Shown here: one piece after another, positions 61,556 through 64,000 of the stretch | How the letters are laid out: each line of letters begins with the position of its first letter | Numbering within the stretch: position 1 is the first letter of the stretch | Origin: Candidatus Bathyarchaeota archaeon | Lineage (GTDB): Archaea; Thermoproteota; Bathyarchaeia; Bathyarchaeales; Bathycorpusculaceae | Length of the DNA stretch: 64,000 nt | NCBI GenBank assembly: GCA_963707955.1 | Contig: OY970176.1 | Span: forward strand, 2,112,001-2,176,000 | Direction: 5' to 3' | Position numbers and translations under genes: made by a program | The notes under the pieces: generated by a model | What the model was told of the DNA's origin: nothing | Databases searched by the model: none | Seen by the model: only the letters and a program-made list of their open reading frames with translations

Positions 61556-61792
61556 ATGTGTTTGGCCATACCAGCTAAGGTTGTAAGCCGCAAAGAAGAC
61601 AAAGCCGAAGTTGACTTTGGTGAAGGAGTTCTGAGGGAAGTCAACGTTACCCTGGTAGAAGCAAAAGTAGGTGACTACGTTTTGGTACATGCTGGCTATG
61701 CAATTCAGGTTTTGGATGAGAAAGAGGCTTTGGAGACACTGCGCCTGTGGAATGAGATTCTTGGAGCCGAAGCCGCGACTGGGCGACGATGA
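61556..61792 (+). CDS. hypC: Hydrogenase maturation chaperone HypC
   Basis: MCLAIPAKV, GDYVLVHAGYA; true start is the MC at 61556. Confidence 0.95.
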   Translation: MCLAIPAKVVSRKEDKAEVDFGEGVLREVNVTLVEAKVGDYVLVHAGYAIQVLDEKEALETLRLWNEILGAEAATGRR

Positions 61793-61811
61793 GAAGCAAG
61801 TTGGAAAGACA

Positions 61812-62891
61812 ATGGCTCAAAAGTCAAGATTCAGGGATCCAGAACTTGCGAAACTAGTTTCAGAAAAGATAAGTGAAATCGCGCCAAAAAAAGACGTAGT
61901 CAAAATCTGCCACGTCTGCGGTACACATGAGTGGACAATTACTCACTACGGACTGCGGAGTCTCCTACCCAAAAACGTGGAAGTCATAGCTGGTCCAGGC
62001 TGTCCGGTTTGCATCGTTCCAGCTTCAGAGATAGATGAAGCAATCCAGCTGGCCTTGAAAGGAATAGTTATCGCATGCTTCGGTGACCTTTTCCGTGTTC
62101 CAGGCTCAAACATGTCGCTTCTGGATGCCAAAGCGAGAGGTGCAGACGTTCGAGTGGTTTACGGCGTCGGCGACGCAGTGCAGATGGCTAGAAACGAGCC
62201 TGACAAGGAGTTTGTGTTTTTTGCCGTAGGTTTTGAAACCACGTCCCCATCCACAGCGGTCGAAATAGCTGGAAAACCCCTGAAAAACATCAGCTTCTTG
62301 ATTTCTCACCGCACAATCCCGCCGGCCATGAAATTACTGGTCGAAATGAAAGACCTGAGCCTGAACGGTTTCATCGCCCCAGGCCACGTCAGCACGATAA
62401 TCGGACTGAAACCTTACGAGATTTTCCCAGAAGACTATGCTATGCCTGTTGTGGTTGCTGGGTTTGAACCCTTAGACCTCATGTTTGGAGTGTACATGGT
62501 GCTAAAACAGTTGGACGAAGGCAAGCCGAAGCTGGAAAACGAGTACCTGCGGGCTGTGAACAGAGAAGGAAACGTAAGAGCGCAGGAAGCAATGCGCAAG
62601 GTTTTCTCCATAGTGGACGGCGCATGGCGGGGACTCGGCACAATTCCCCTTTCTAAGTATACACTCAAAAACGAATATTCGAAGTATGACGCGCACCTGA
62701 AGTATGGCGTGCGCGTGGAGAAGGGCGTTGACGTGCAGCACGGCTGCAGATGCCACCTCGTCGTGATCGGAAAGATAAAGCCGACTGAATGTCCACTGTT
62801 CATGAAGGCTTGCACTCCTCAAAGACCCGTGGGCGCCTGCATGGTTAGCGTCGAGGGAACGTGCAGGATATGGGCGAGAGCAGAACACTGA
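61812..62891 (+). CDS. hypD: Hydrogenase formation protein HypD
   Basis: VCGTHE, GPGCPVC, GFETT, PGHVS, GACMVS.EG.C. Confidence 0.96.
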   Translation: MAQKSRFRDPELAKLVSEKISEIAPKKDVVKICHVCGTHEWTITHYGLRSLLPKNVEVIAGPGCPVCIVPASEIDEAIQLALKGIVIACFGDLFRVPGSNMSLLDAKARGADVRVVYGVGDAVQMARNEPDKEFVFFAVGFETTSPSTAVEIAGKPLKNISFLISHRTIPPAMKLLVEMKDLSLNGFIAPGHVSTIIGLKPYEIFPEDYAMPVVVAGFEPLDLMFGVYMVLKQLDEGKPKLENEYLRAVNREGNVRAQEAMRKVFSIVDGAWRGLGTIPLSKYTLKNEYSKYDAHLKYGVRVEKGVDVQHGCRCHLVVIGKIKPTECPLFMKACTPQRPVGACMVSVEGTCRIWARAEH

Positions 62892-63112
62892 TCTCCCAGC
62901 GCGCGCGCTGATAGGAGCTGTCTTGACAATTGTCTTAGTCGGTTTCATACTCCTCTGGGTTGCCATGATACTGCTGGCGGTTGCATTCTTCTCGATCAGA
63001 ACTCAGACCTGCGTAGCCACCTCCACCCCCACCGACTCAAACCCAACGCTAAACAACCTATTGACCTATCTTTTCCCCATTTTTAAAACGCGACTTATGT
63101 ATACGTTTCACA

Positions 63113-64000
63113 CTAACATATTCTGGGGACAGGGTCTCCCACAGGGCGGGGTATGATTCTCTTGCCTCCGACTGCTGTCTGCATTGCCACGCCTTTTATG
63201 TCGGCGACGACGCTGCCAATTATCTCAGCGTCTTTTCCTTCCTCAGTTTCCTTCAACAAATGCAGGATCTCCAGGGCTTTTTCCTTCACAGCACCAATGA
63301 TCATCTTTCCCTCGTTCCCAACCTCGAGCGGGTCCAACCCCAACATTTCACAGGCCACTTTCACATCTTCTCTGATGGGAACTTTGTCTTCGTCAACAAG
63401 GATGCCGACATGCGATTTTTCGCTAAATTCGTTGAGCGCGTCGGCCAAACCTCCTCTGGTCGGGTCTTTCATCGCCACCACTCCGCCCACGTCCTTGAGC
63501 ATACGCTGGACCAAGCGGTTCAGTGGCTTAACATCAGACCTTATCCCGCTGCCGAAGCTCAAGCCTTCTTGAGCAGACAACACAGCCAAGCCATGGTCTC
63601 CGATTGTTCCTGACAAGATTATCTTATTGCCAGCAGCAAGGTTTCCGTCAAGAACCCAACGGGACTTGAAACCATTCCTAAACTGTTTCACAACCCTCAG
63701 GTTCTCGTCCAGCGCCGCGGTTCTTCGACCGATCCCCGAAGTGCTTATGACACAGCCCCCCAAGCTTCCCTTCTCAACAACCTTTGTGTCACCTGTAACG
63801 ATGCTCACTCCAGCCTCCATGCACGCCTGCCGCATGCTGATCAAGATTCTTTCAAAATCAGCTATAGCCAATCCTTCTTCCAAGATGAAACCACAAGCCA
63901 ACGCAAACGGTTCACCGCCCAGCATCGCAATGTCGTTGACTGTGCCACATACTGACAAACGTCCGATGTCGCCTCCGGGAAAGAATATCGGCTTCACAGC
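63113..64000 (-). CDS. hypE: Hydrogenase expression protein HypE (5' end outside the window)
   Basis: GGDIG.L..CGTVND, GDTKVV, DPTRGGL, NEGK, C-terminal PRIC. Confidence 0.95.
   Translation of the reverse strand, partial: AVKPIFFPGGDIGRLSVCGTVNDIAMLGGEPFALACGFILEEGLAIADFERILISMRQACMEAGVSIVTGDTKVVEKGSLGGCVISTSGIGRRTAALDENLRVVKQFRNGFKSRWVLDGNLAAGNKIILSGTIGDHGLAVLSAQEGLSFGSGIRSDVKPLNRLVQRMLKDVGGVVAMKDPTRGGLADALNEFSEKSHVGILVDEDKVPIREDVKVACEMLGLDPLEVGNEGKMIIGAVKEKALEILHLLKETEEGKDAEIIGSVVADIKGVAMQTAVGGKRIIPRPVGDPVPRIC

Overview
Archaeal chromosomal segment, most likely Bathyarchaeia/TACK. This is an inference from ribosomal protein eL38, an EF-2 paralog without the diphthamide motif, a Tes-like radical SAM enzyme, intron-containing tRNAs and several dockerin/cohesin/PKD surface proteins. 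The most notable region is 7.05-15.9 kb, laid out like a polymorphic toxin or kin-recognition locus. A ~1630-aa secreted protein with Ig-like repeats, an internal dockerin-like motif and a hydrophobic C-terminal tip is followed by a small multi-pass membrane gene. Two start-less 'orphan' cassettes then repeat the 3' part of the large gene with different hydrophobic tips; one has its own membrane partner gene and the other only a remnant of one. Other content includes an AT-rich accessory island between tRNA-Ser and tRNA-Val, with a recurring 21-33 bp intergenic repeat inside it and an integrase remnant just beyond tRNA-Val. There is an energy/lipid block (NfnAB-like pair with a double MvhD-ferredoxin protein, TrxR, HdrD-like, HdrA-MvhD, ETF, a complete beta-oxidation set, acyl-CoA ligase, Tes) and hydrogenase maturation genes hypF, C, D and E. 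Five +1 frameshifts suggest assembly errors. GCGCGCGC palindromes recur at gene and cassette boundaries. All calls come from reading the sequence by eye; no database searches were run.
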